Positions 49,428 through 58,726 of a stretch of DNA of 64,000 nt are shown here, piece by piece. Positions within the stretch are counted from its first letter, which is position 1, and each line of letters opens with the position of its first letter. Under the pieces are notes generated by a model, which was not told the DNA's origin, did no database searches, and saw nothing but the letters and a program-made list of their open reading frames with translations. A program made the translations under genes and the position numbers. The stretch comes from an uncultured delta proteobacterium. Lineage in GTDB: Bacteria > Desulfobacterota > Syntrophia > Syntrophales > Fen-1087. The stretch covers positions 11,550 through 75,549 of the forward strand of contig CAVPWE010000006.1 in NCBI GenBank assembly GCA_963709485.1, written 5' to 3'.

Positions 49428-51799
49428 ATCCGATTAAAACCGCAAATGACCGGATACGGAACCTGGTCAGCGAAAATTCAAGAATCATCGGGAAACTTCC
49501 GAAATTTGTCCGTAACCCGCTTGTTCATAGATGGGCGATCGCCCTCTGCCTCTGTCTTGTCCTGTCGTTGCTCCTGAGTCCACGGATTTATCTCGGCCTT
49601 CCGGACTACAGGGTCGACACGATTGCCGTTCATGATATTAAAGCGGACCGTAATTTCCTGGTAGAAGACAGGCTTTCGACAGAACAAAAAAAAGTGGAGG
49701 TTCTGGCCGACGCCAAGACCGTCTATGATTATGACGGTGACATCCAGACCCGGACAGAAATCAACCTTCGCAAAGCTTTCCTGTCCGCCGAGGAAAGCTA
49801 CCTGCGCCTCGTCAGCGATTCCGGATCGGTGAAGTCACCCGCCGCCAGAAAACGCGATCTGATGCAGTTAAAGGGCGATCTGGAGAAAAACCTGGGGATT
49901 GCCTTGACACCCGGAGAGTTTGAAACGTTCCGCCGTTATGAATTTTCGTCCTCCATCGTCAACAAGATCGCCCGGCTGATGTCCGACACGACCCAAACCG
50001 AATGGATCACCAATGCAACCTTTCTGAAGCAGGACCTGGATAAGGGAATCATCATCCGCGATCCGAAAACCCTGGTTGAGAAGGAAATGAGGGATTTCCC
50101 AGCCATTCGCCACATGCATGAGATGGAATTGCTTCTCACGAAAAAAGCGGGGCAATTATTGCGCAGGGAGGCATCCGATACCCGCAAGGCTGCCGTCTCC
50201 CTGGCGAAAAAAATGATCCGGCCCAATCTGACGTTCAACAAGAACGCCACGGATCTGAAAAGGCAGGCGATCCTGTCCGCCACGAAACCGGTCTACTATC
50301 AGGTGCAGGCCGGTGAAATGATTATCCGCGAAGGCGAAAAGATCAACCGCAATCATCTGGACAAGCTGGAGGCACTTTACAATGTCCGGGGAGAGCAGCG
50401 GTTCTCCGATGTCTTTCAATTTGCCGGAATGTTTCTCACGATCCTCTTCCTGGCTGTCCTGCTCTTGCTCCTGTCCCGGGACTGGCTGAAAAAGTCGGCG
50501 AACATCAACATCGACATTCTTTTCGTCAGCGTTGCGTCCGTTCTTCAGATCCTTCTCGTCAAGTCCGGCATTTTCATAGCGGAAGCCGTAAGCCGGGCTT
50601 TCCCGTTCATTCCCGCCGACACCTGCTTTTACGCAATCCCCTTCGCTGCCGGCACCATGATCGTCGGGGTGATGATCAACCGCAACACCGCATTGATCTT
50701 TTCCATTTTTTCATCCTTTCTGATCAGTTTCCTTTTTGAAAACAAGCTTATGATAACATTATTTTCTTTGCTGGGCAGCATGACGGTCTGCTATCACATT
50801 GTTCACTGCAGAAAACGATCCGCTTTTTTTAAAGCCGGCCTTTTTTTAGGACTCCTGAACACCGTCGTCATCCTTGCGCTCTCGCTGCTGACAACGACCA
50901 TTGCCTCACTGGACACCCTGATCAAACTGGCCATGGGTTTTTTCGGGGGAATTCTGACCGGTACGGTTGTCGCCGGTATTACACCCCTGTTTGAATCCAT
51001 CTTTAAATACACAACGGACATCAAACTGCTGGAGCTTGCCAATCTGAATCAGCCCATTTTCCAGAGAATGATTATCGAAGCGCCCGGCACGTACCATCAC
51101 AGCATCATCGTGGGATCCATGGTTGAGGCGGCCGCCGAAGCCATCGGCGCGAACTCCCTGCTCGTCAAGGTCAGCGCCTACTACCACGATATCGGAAAAA
51201 TAAAAAAACCCCACTATTTTATCGAAAACCAGAGCAATGGTGAAAACAGACACGACAAGCTCTCTCCCAGAATGAGCACGCTGGTGATCATCTCTCACAT
51301 CAAAGACGGATGCGAGCTGGCAAAACAGGCAAAGCTCGGCGCTCAAATCATCAGCATCATCAGAGAACATCACGGAAACAGCCTGGTGCGGTATTTTTAC
51401 GACAAGGCGAAAAAAGATGACGATGCCTCCATCCGGTCCCTGTCGGAAAGCGATTTTCGCTACCCGGGACCCAAGCCGCAAACCCGGGAAGCCGGCCTTG
51501 TCCTGCTGGGCGACGTTATTGAGGCTTCTTCCCGCATCTTGTCCAACCCGACGCCGTCAAGAATCAGAAATCTCGTACGGGAGCGAATCGAAAGGGTATT
51601 CATGGACGGTCAACTGGACGAGTGTGAATTGACCCTGCATGACCTGAACAACATCTCGGCAACCTTCATCCGAATCCTGACCGGCATTTTCCACCAGCGA
51701 ATCGATTATCCCTCTGCGCCGGTCCGGGAATACAACGTGCAGTCCATTCACGCATATGAAAACGCTCATCGAAAACCGGCAGAAAAGCGTAAAGCTTGA
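49424..51799 (+). CDS. 7TM-HD phosphohydrolase (PgpH-like)
   Basis: Extracellular domain, TM region, APGTYHHS, YYHDIGK, EHHG, FRYPGPKP. Confidence 0.88.
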   Translation: MNPIKTANDRIRNLVSENSRIIGKLPKFVRNPLVHRWAIALCLCLVLSLLLSPRIYLGLPDYRVDTIAVHDIKADRNFLVEDRLSTEQKKVEVLADAKTVYDYDGDIQTRTEINLRKAFLSAEESYLRLVSDSGSVKSPAARKRDLMQLKGDLEKNLGIALTPGEFETFRRYEFSSSIVNKIARLMSDTTQTEWITNATFLKQDLDKGIIIRDPKTLVEKEMRDFPAIRHMHEMELLLTKKAGQLLRREASDTRKAAVSLAKKMIRPNLTFNKNATDLKRQAILSATKPVYYQVQAGEMIIREGEKINRNHLDKLEALYNVRGEQRFSDVFQFAGMFLTILFLAVLLLLLSRDWLKKSANINIDILFVSVASVLQILLVKSGIFIAEAVSRAFPFIPADTCFYAIPFAAGTMIVGVMINRNTALIFSIFSSFLISFLFENKLMITLFSLLGSMTVCYHIVHCRKRSAFFKAGLFLGLLNTVVILALSLLTTTIASLDTLIKLAMGFFGGILTGTVVAGITPLFESIFKYTTDIKLLELANLNQPIFQRMIIEAPGTYHHSIIVGSMVEAAAEAIGANSLLVKVSAYYHDIGKIKKPHYFIENQSNGENRHDKLSPRMSTLVIISHIKDGCELAKQAKLGAQIISIIREHHGNSLVRYFYDKAKKDDDASIRSLSESDFRYPGPKPQTREAGLVLLGDVIEASSRILSNPTPSRIRNLVRERIERVFMDGQLDECELTLHDLNNISATFIRILTGIFHQRIDYPSAPVREYNVQSIHAYENAHRKPAEKRKA

Positions 51800-52214
51800 T
51801 CTGCGCAGGATTCGCCGGACGGTCCGCGAGGCCGGTAAAATGCTCGGCTGCACGGAGCCTGAGCTCAGCCTCCTGTTCGTGGACAATGCCGCCATCACGG
51901 AGATCAACCGGCAATATCTTGACCGGCATGGTCCGACCAACGTCATCTCTTTTTCCCAGACGGAGGGCGACTTCGGCCACATCAACCCCATGCTTATCGG
52001 CGACATTGTGATTTCAGCCGAGCAGGCCGCATCCGATGCCAAAGCGGGAAATCTGAACGTGAAGGATGAGATTGATTTTCTGGTCATTCACGGCCTTCTT
52101 CATCTTCTGGGCTATAACCATGAAGGACCGAACAAAAGGGAGGCCGCAAAAATGAGAGAAATGGAAAAAGAAATTTTTCTGAAACTAAGGGGGTTCGGAG
52201 TCGAAATCCCCTGA
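51756..52214 (+). CDS. ybeY: Endoribonuclease YbeY
   Basis: NRQYL, TNVISF, GDIVIS, HGLLHLLGYNH. Confidence 0.93.
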   Translation: MKTLIENRQKSVKLDLRRIRRTVREAGKMLGCTEPELSLLFVDNAAITEINRQYLDRHGPTNVISFSQTEGDFGHINPMLIGDIVISAEQAASDAKAGNLNVKDEIDFLVIHGLLHLLGYNHEGPNKREAAKMREMEKEIFLKLRGFGVEIP

Positions 52215-52218
52215 TCCG

Positions 52219-54171
52219 CTATTTCAAAATGATGGCCTGACCGGGTTGAATATTGCCGCTCCGGTCCAGGTTGTTGAGCTCAATCAAACGGGCAAGGCTG
52301 ATGTTGTTTCTCTTGGCAATTCTGTCGAGACTGTCGCCTTTTTTCACCTTATAGACCATGCTTCCCGCCGACTCGCCTGCAGTACCCGTCTGGGCAACCT
52401 TTGGACTTTGATTTGTCTTTTTCCCGCTGTCTTCCCGGCGATCCGGTTCCGCCTCCGATGTTTCCGCCTGGCCTCCGATGCGAATGATCTGCCCCGTCTG
52501 GATCTTGTTTCCGCGGATCCGATTCTGCTTTTTGATTTCCGAGGGGGTGGTCTTGAAGCGCTGGGCCAGAGATGACAGGGAATCCCCTTTTTTCACTTTG
52601 TAGCGGATTATCTGTGCGCCGTTATTGACCGCAACTTTGCTGTCCCTGTCGGACGGCTTGCCGCTTGACGCTTTGACGGAACGTGCCGGCACTTTCAGGC
52701 TCTGCCCGACGCGAAGGGATCTCTTTCCGGAAAGGTTGTTGCAGGCCATCAGCGCACCGACGGGAATGCCGTACCGTCTGGCGATGGATGCCTTGGTCTC
52801 GCCCCGCTTCACTTTGTGTCGCTTGAATCCGCTTTTTCCGGCCGCTGTCCTGACCACCAGTTTCGGTTTTTCGCCCTCCGGGATGCTGTCGGCGACCTTG
52901 GCAAATTTGTCCGCCGCTTCCAGGGGCACCTTCAAGTCATATTCACGGTCCGGGGTCATCTTGTGCCTGAGTTCGGGGTTCAAGCCGATCAGGGTGTCTT
53001 CGGGGATTTCGAGCCCTTTCGCGATATCCTGAAGCTTCATGTTTTTACGGGTCTTGACAATTTCAAAGGGCAATTCTTTCTCCCGCGGCTGGCCGAGATC
53101 CATACCGTATTTCGCAGGGTCTTTGATGATGTGAAGCGTGGCCAGAAAGCGGGGCACATAGCGCGCCGTCTCGTAGGGAAGCTGGTGGTAGAGGTCCCAG
53201 AAGCGGTCGAGATAGTTCATGTGCTGACCGGAAATCACGCGGAGGACCCGGTACTCTCCGCAATTGTAGGCAGCCAGGACGGTCATCCAGTCACCGAACA
53301 TGGCGTGCAGGTCTTTCAGGTAACCGATAGCGGCACGGGTCGATTTTTGTGCATCCATCCTTTCGTCGATCCAATCACTGCGGTTGAGTCCGTATTTAAA
53401 GCCCGTCGAGGGAATAAACTGCCAGAGGCCCAGCGCCCGGGCCTTTGAGAGGGCGGAAATCTTGAAACCGCTCTCCACCAGAGGGAGCCAGGAGAGTTCC
53501 TCCGGCAGGCCTGCCTTCTTGAGTTCCTTGAGGATCATGGGGCGGTGCAATCCGGACCGCTGGTATGCGGCAACAAAGAAATCCCTTTCGAAACTTTGAA
53601 AACTTCGGATTTCCTTTTCCACATCGGCGTTCATAGTCATGGGAATTTCGCTGCGGACCCCGACGGTCGTCGTCTGCTTGGACGAATAGATGGCGAGGAT
53701 GCGTTTGGATATAAGCAGCCTCAGGTCGTCCTTCTGCCTGGCGATGGCCGGGTCGTCGTCCGTTTCGATAATGAGGGCATAGGCCTCGTCGAGCAGCTCC
53801 AGCGCGTTTTCCAGATCACCCTTTTTCCAGTATTCCTCGGATTCCTCCAGCAGCGTCAGCGCCTCCTCCATGATGTTCTGTTCTTCTTCCCGGATCTTCC
53901 GGTTCCCGTTTGTATCGGCGGCACCGTCCGTCAAACCGTTGTTTATATCGAGCTGTGCATGGATCGTTGCATTTTCCGTCAGACCGCCTTTTTCGGCTCC
54001 CGGTACGAGACTGGAAACGAGATTGCCAAGCGTCGACTGCCCGTAAACAACGGACGGTAAAATAAGAGGACTTGGAATGAAGAAAGAAAACACAAAAAAC
54101 AGGCAGGCGATATTGCTTATTTGATATTTCGACACGTTTGCATACTCCTTTTCTGGAAATCTCTGACTCAT
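52219..54171 (-). CDS. mltD: MltD-like lytic transglycosylase with LysM repeats
   Basis: LVESG, GLWQF, AAYNCG, ETARYV; three clear LysM repeats (VKRGE, VKKGDS x2). Start uncertain. Confidence 0.88.
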   Translation of the reverse strand: MSQRFPEKEYANVSKYQISNIACLFFVFSFFIPSPLILPSVVYGQSTLGNLVSSLVPGAEKGGLTENATIHAQLDINNGLTDGAADTNGNRKIREEEQNIMEEALTLLEESEEYWKKGDLENALELLDEAYALIIETDDDPAIARQKDDLRLLISKRILAIYSSKQTTTVGVRSEIPMTMNADVEKEIRSFQSFERDFFVAAYQRSGLHRPMILKELKKAGLPEELSWLPLVESGFKISALSKARALGLWQFIPSTGFKYGLNRSDWIDERMDAQKSTRAAIGYLKDLHAMFGDWMTVLAAYNCGEYRVLRVISGQHMNYLDRFWDLYHQLPYETARYVPRFLATLHIIKDPAKYGMDLGQPREKELPFEIVKTRKNMKLQDIAKGLEIPEDTLIGLNPELRHKMTPDREYDLKVPLEAADKFAKVADSIPEGEKPKLVVRTAAGKSGFKRHKVKRGETKASIARRYGIPVGALMACNNLSGKRSLRVGQSLKVPARSVKASSGKPSDRDSKVAVNNGAQIIRYKVKKGDSLSSLAQRFKTTPSEIKKQNRIRGNKIQTGQIIRIGGQAETSEAEPDRREDSGKKTNQSPKVAQTGTAGESAGSMVYKVKKGDSLDRIAKRNNISLARLIELNNLDRSGNIQPGQAIILK

Positions 54172-54234
54172 CTTTTTATTTATAACACAAGCGTCATTTT
54201 TGCCAAAGCGAAAAAATTTATGGTTCACGGCAAC

Positions 54235-55330
54235 CTAAGCCGCGGAAAGAAGATATGCCTCGATGAAGGCATCGATGTCTCCATCCAGGACACGGCCGAC
54301 ATTTCCCACTTCCAGATTGGTCCGGTGATCTTTGATCATCTTGTAGGGATGGAGCACGTAAGAACGTATCTGGCTCCCCCAGGCAATCTCCTTTTTCGAC
54401 TTATTGACTTCATCGAGCTTCGCGTTCTGCTCCTGAAGTTTCAGTTCGTACAGTCTCGATTTTAAATATTTCATCGCCATCGCCTTGTTTTTATGCTGCG
54501 ATCTTTCATTCTGGCATTGCACGACGATGCCCGTGGGCAGATGGGTGATACGGACGGCGGAGTCCGTCTTGTTCACATGCTGCCCGCCCGCTCCCGTGGA
54601 ACGGTAGGTGTCGATGCGAAGATCGCCGTCGTCGATTTCCACGACAATCTCGTCGTCAACCTCCGGATAAACAAAGACGGATGCAAAAGAGGTATGCCGC
54701 CTGGCCCCGGCATCGAAAGGCGATATGCGGACCAGTCGATGGATGCCGATCTCGGCTTTGGCATACCCGTAGGCATATTCTCCTTCAAGCGTCAGGGACA
54801 CGCTTTTGACGCCCGCTTCATCCCCCGGCAGGTAATCGATGATGGTGGCCTTGAATCCTCTCCGCTCCGCCCAGCGCAGGTACATGCGCAGCAGCATTTC
54901 GGCCCAGTCCTGCGCTTCCGTTCCGCCGGCTCCCGCATGAATGGACATGATGGCGTCCATGGGGTCCTGCTCCGAACCCAGCATCATCCGGAGCTCTTCA
55001 TTCCGCACGGAGGTCTTCAGAGATTCCAGATCACGGTCCACTTCCGCCAGGGCCGCTTCATCATTTTCGCCCTTCGCCAGATCGTAGAGGATTTCCAGAT
55101 CGTCGGCAGTCCCCTTCAGTTTTTTCCATTGGCCGACGACCGTCTCCAGTCTCGTTTTTTTCCTCAGGATGTCCCGGGCCTTATCCGGCTCACTCCACAA
55201 ATCATCCCGGGCGGAGAGCTGTTCCAGTTCTTTGATGCCGTTTTCCTTGTCCGGTATGTCAAAGACATTCTCCGAGCCGTTCGACCCTTTTCCTCACATC
55301 GTTCAGTGTTTCCGGCAGTCCCTCAATCAT
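54235..55330 (-). CDS. prfB: Peptide chain release factor 2 (programmed +1 frameshift)
   Basis: ATG 55330; 23 codons to CTT-TGA-C (55264-55258); +1 frame continues DIPDKENGI...; SPF and GGQ motifs. Confidence 0.96.
55258..55273 (-). promoter_or_regulatory. RF2 frameshift cassette
   Basis: GGAGAA-TGT-CTT-TGA-C on the minus strand. Confidence 0.9.
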
Positions 55331-56888
55331 TTTTCCGCCTCCTCTTTCTTAATGAAATCATAAATATCAGGATCAGACCGATCATGCAACCATAAACAAA
55401 GACATCGCCGCGGGCCGAATAGAAACTTTTCATGTCCAGAAACCGGACGGTTCCCTGCAGGGTCGCTTTTTCAAACAGCCGGCTGCGGTCGGCAATCATA
55501 CCCGCCGGATCTATGATCGCGCTGATCCCGGTATTCGCTGCCCGTACCAGAAACAGCCGGTTTTCGACGGCCCTGAAAACGGTCATGGACAGATGCTGGT
55601 GGGGCGCCGACGTGTTTCCGAACCAGGCATCATTGGTAATGTTCACCAGCAGGTCGGCGCCACGCTGCCGGTAAGTCCGGCCCGCCTCCGGCAGGATTCC
55701 CTCGTAACAGATCATGACGCCAAGCCTTCTTTGGCGCTGACTGCCATGCATCAGGAGTGGTTCATATCCGGGACCGCTACGGAAGTCACCGATCCCCACC
55801 ACCAGTTTGCTGATAAAGGGGAAAAATCGCCGCAACGGCACGTATTCACCGTAGGGCACCAGGTGCACCTTGTCGTACTGCCCTTCAATCCTGCCCTCCG
55901 GAGAGAGCAGGAAGGCGCTGTTCTGGAAAGCGAGGGTATCCCCTTCCCGACGGTAACTGGGGCTTCCGAAAAGAAGCCAGTCACCCGTCTGCAGGGCCAG
56001 AGAAACCACATCGCGGTGCATGTCGACCCGGTCCTGGAAAAAGAAAGGAGCGGCCGTTTCCGGCCAGACGATCAACCCTCCTCCAGAAGGCGCCGACTGC
56101 CGGGAAAGGGTTGTGTAGATGCGGACTGTCTCCTGTTGAAAGGCCTGATGCCACTTGATGCTCTGATCGATGTTCCCCTGGACGAGACTGACGGGCATGA
56201 CATGTGCCTTCTCCATCGTTTTCCTGATCTCGCCGGCCCGCATCACGCCGTACCCGGACAGTACCGCCAGCAGAACAAAACCGGCGATGACTTCCGTCGA
56301 TATCTGCCGGTTCAACATCCGGCTGCGGTTCTTCGATCGCCAGGCCCTGAAGGCATCGAAGACAACGGCATTGATGAAAACGATGGCAAAGCTCAAGCCG
56401 AAGACACCGGTCACATCGGCGATCTGGATCATGGGAACGTAGAGGTACTGGGAATGCCCAAGGTTTGCCCAGGGAAACCCCGTGAGGAGATGAGATTTCC
56501 CGTACTCCAGGCATGTCCATAGCAATGGCGCCGAACAGATCAGGGGAATCCCCCTTTGGCTGAAGCAGACGATGCCCGCGGAAAACAACGCCACGTAGAG
56601 AGCCAGATATGCGGCAAGGAGCAGCATGACGGCGATGCCGGCGGCAACGGGAAGGTAGCCATAATTGACGACAACGAAGGCAATCCAGTAGAAAATCCCG
56701 ATGCAGGCGGAAAACCCGGCGGCAAAACCGGTCATCAGCCCCTGACCGACCCCTTTCCCCTGCAGGGCATGGAAAAGCGGAACGAAGGCCACCCAGGCAA
56801 GGATTCCCGAGCCGAACTTGGGAAAAGAAAGAAAAATCAGCGTGCCGGAAAGCAAAGCGCTGAATAATGTCCTGATGTCAATCCCCAA
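55323..56888 (-). CDS. lnt: Apolipoprotein N-acyltransferase
   Basis: GFPW, QGNI, WPE, KVHLVPYGEY, ICYE, TNDAWFG, RAANTGIS. Confidence 0.95.
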   Translation of the reverse strand: MGIDIRTLFSALLSGTLIFLSFPKFGSGILAWVAFVPLFHALQGKGVGQGLMTGFAAGFSACIGIFYWIAFVVVNYGYLPVAAGIAVMLLLAAYLALYVALFSAGIVCFSQRGIPLICSAPLLWTCLEYGKSHLLTGFPWANLGHSQYLYVPMIQIADVTGVFGLSFAIVFINAVVFDAFRAWRSKNRSRMLNRQISTEVIAGFVLLAVLSGYGVMRAGEIRKTMEKAHVMPVSLVQGNIDQSIKWHQAFQQETVRIYTTLSRQSAPSGGGLIVWPETAAPFFFQDRVDMHRDVVSLALQTGDWLLFGSPSYRREGDTLAFQNSAFLLSPEGRIEGQYDKVHLVPYGEYVPLRRFFPFISKLVVGIGDFRSGPGYEPLLMHGSQRQRRLGVMICYEGILPEAGRTYRQRGADLLVNITNDAWFGNTSAPHQHLSMTVFRAVENRLFLVRAANTGISAIIDPAGMIADRSRLFEKATLQGTVRFLDMKSFYSARGDVFVYGCMIGLILIFMISLRKRRRKND

Positions 56889-56903
56889 AACGATTGCCTT
56901 TGC

Positions 56904-57743
56904 TCATATCTCCGTGCCGTTCTGATCGTCGGACAATCGCTTGATCTTGACTTTCTTGATGCTCCGCTCGTCGGCAGATTCAATGATCATTTCAAAGTTT
57001 TCGATCCGTACCGTTTCGCCGGTGACGGGGATTTTACGAATCTCGTGAAGGATCAGGCCTCCCAGGGTTTCATATTCCCCTTCCGGGAAGTTGACGCCGA
57101 AATGCTCCTCGATCTTCTCGATTTCCGTCCTGCCGTCTGCGAGAATATATCCGTCCGGCAGTTCGAGGATCCCTTTGTCCCGGGCGTCATGCTCGTCATG
57201 GATTTCGCCAACGATTTCCTCGATCAGGTCCTCCAGCGTGACCAGCCCGGATGTCCCGCCGTACTCGTCGATCACAATGGCCATGTGGTACTTCCGCTGC
57301 TTCAGCTCATGCAGGAGAAGGTGGGTATTCTTGGTTTCCGGAATGTAGTAGGGCTTTCGCAGAATGGAGAGAATATCGCCCTCGCTGACCGGCTTTGACC
57401 AGAACTTGAGGAGGTCTTTTACGTTCAGGATGCCGACGATATTATCGACGCTGCCGCTGTACACGGGCATCCGGGTATGGCCGTACCGTGTGATCAGAGC
57501 GTTGATCTCTTCGATCGGCGTGTCGCTCTGGATGGCCATCATTTCCGTCCTCGGGATCATGACTTCACGGACAATCGTATCCCTGAACTCCAGGATGCTC
57601 TGGATCATCTCCCCCGACTGCGGATCGATGAGCCCGTCTTCCTCGCCGGCCTCGATGATGGAGTGGATTTCCTTCTCCAGGTGGGATGAATCCTTGGCGG
57701 AAAAAATCCCCTTGATCCTTGCTGTAATCTTTTTCCTTAAAAT
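56904..57743 (-). CDS. corC: CorC/HlyC CBS-domain protein; probable ATT start at 57743 (first ATG at 57608)
   Basis: VREVMIPR, HTRMPVY, DEYGGTSGLVTLEDLIEEIVGEI, ETLGG; conserved-looking EIHSIIEAGEEDGLI lies upstream of the first ATG. Confidence 0.85.
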   Translation of the reverse strand: MLRKKITARIKGIFSAKDSSHLEKEIHSIIEAGEEDGLIDPQSGEMIQSILEFRDTIVREVMIPRTEMMAIQSDTPIEEINALITRYGHTRMPVYSGSVDNIVGILNVKDLLKFWSKPVSEGDILSILRKPYYIPETKNTHLLLHELKQRKYHMAIVIDEYGGTSGLVTLEDLIEEIVGEIHDEHDARDKGILELPDGYILADGRTEIEKIEEHFGVNFPEGEYETLGGLILHEIRKIPVTGETVRIENFEMIIESADERSIKKVKIKRLSDDQNGTEI

Positions 57744-57753
57744 CGGTTACTCC

Positions 57754-58626
57754 TCACAGGCCGCGCATGTGCTCCGGGCGCAATCGCCGGTTGTCCCCGG
57801 TCTGGATGACGTGACGGATCATGCGGACGGTCCTTTCCTTTTCCTCGGGAAGCCTGGCACGGACGGGCAGGTAGTTCGAGGCGTGGTTGGATGTGAAAAA
57901 GCAGTTCGAGAAATCCGCGCGGGCGATCATGATCTCCAGTTCCCTGAGGAAACCGAAGGTGTCGGGCAGGATGACCTTTCCCCTGAGGCAATCCTCGTGC
58001 AGGGGCGTCCCCGGCACAACCATGACTGTCAGGGCGCCCACGTAATCCGGATCGATCTCCGTGAGAATACCCGCTGTGTCGAAGGCGTGGGCGACGCTCT
58101 TTTCGATCCCGCCGATACCCAGCAGGACCGTTACGGAAAGGCTGATCCCCGCATCTTTGATGCGTCGCCCCGCTTCAACCATCTGCGCGCGGGTTGCGCC
58201 TTTGTCGATCTGCTTCAGCAGTTCCTCGTTGCCCGTCTCCACGCCCAGATAGACGATCTTCAAACCGGCATCCCGCAACCGGGCAAGGTCTTCCGTGGAT
58301 TTTCTCAGGATGCTCTTGGCGTTGGCGTAGCACCCGACCCTCTTTACCCCCTTGATATGCGTGCGAATGGATTCAAGGATTTGCAGAAGGCGGGTCTGGG
58401 GAATGATCAGCGCATCCCCGTCGCAGAGGAACACCTTTTCGACGGAACGGTAATGACCCGCCTCCAGAATGTCCTCCTCGATTTCGGAGAAGGACTTGAT
58501 CCGGAATTTCACGCCCTTGTAGGTCGGACAGAAGCTGCATTTGTTGTGGGAACACCCCACGGTCACCTGCAGCAGCAAACTGTATGCCTCGCTGGGAGGC
58601 CTGATGATCATTCCTTCGTATTTCAT
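57754..58626 (-). CDS. Radical SAM protein of unknown function
   Basis: RPPSEA, GCSHNKCSFC, FLCDGDA, NHASNY. Confidence 0.88.
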   Translation of the reverse strand: MKYEGMIIRPPSEAYSLLLQVTVGCSHNKCSFCPTYKGVKFRIKSFSEIEEDILEAGHYRSVEKVFLCDGDALIIPQTRLLQILESIRTHIKGVKRVGCYANAKSILRKSTEDLARLRDAGLKIVYLGVETGNEELLKQIDKGATRAQMVEAGRRIKDAGISLSVTVLLGIGGIEKSVAHAFDTAGILTEIDPDYVGALTVMVVPGTPLHEDCLRGKVILPDTFGFLRELEIMIARADFSNCFFTSNHASNYLPVRARLPEEKERTVRMIRHVIQTGDNRRLRPEHMRGL

Positions 58627-58726
58627 GACGTCATGATGTTAAAAAACGCAACCTGTCCTTTCCGCATCCTTTTCGCAAGTTGCAATAATCTATTACAGGA
58701 CCCTTCAAAAGGCAAGTGTTGACGGC

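Noticed and set aside
54235-55330. prfB as a pseudogene or sequencing error
   Set aside because: The break is the canonical CTT-TGA-C programmed frameshift.
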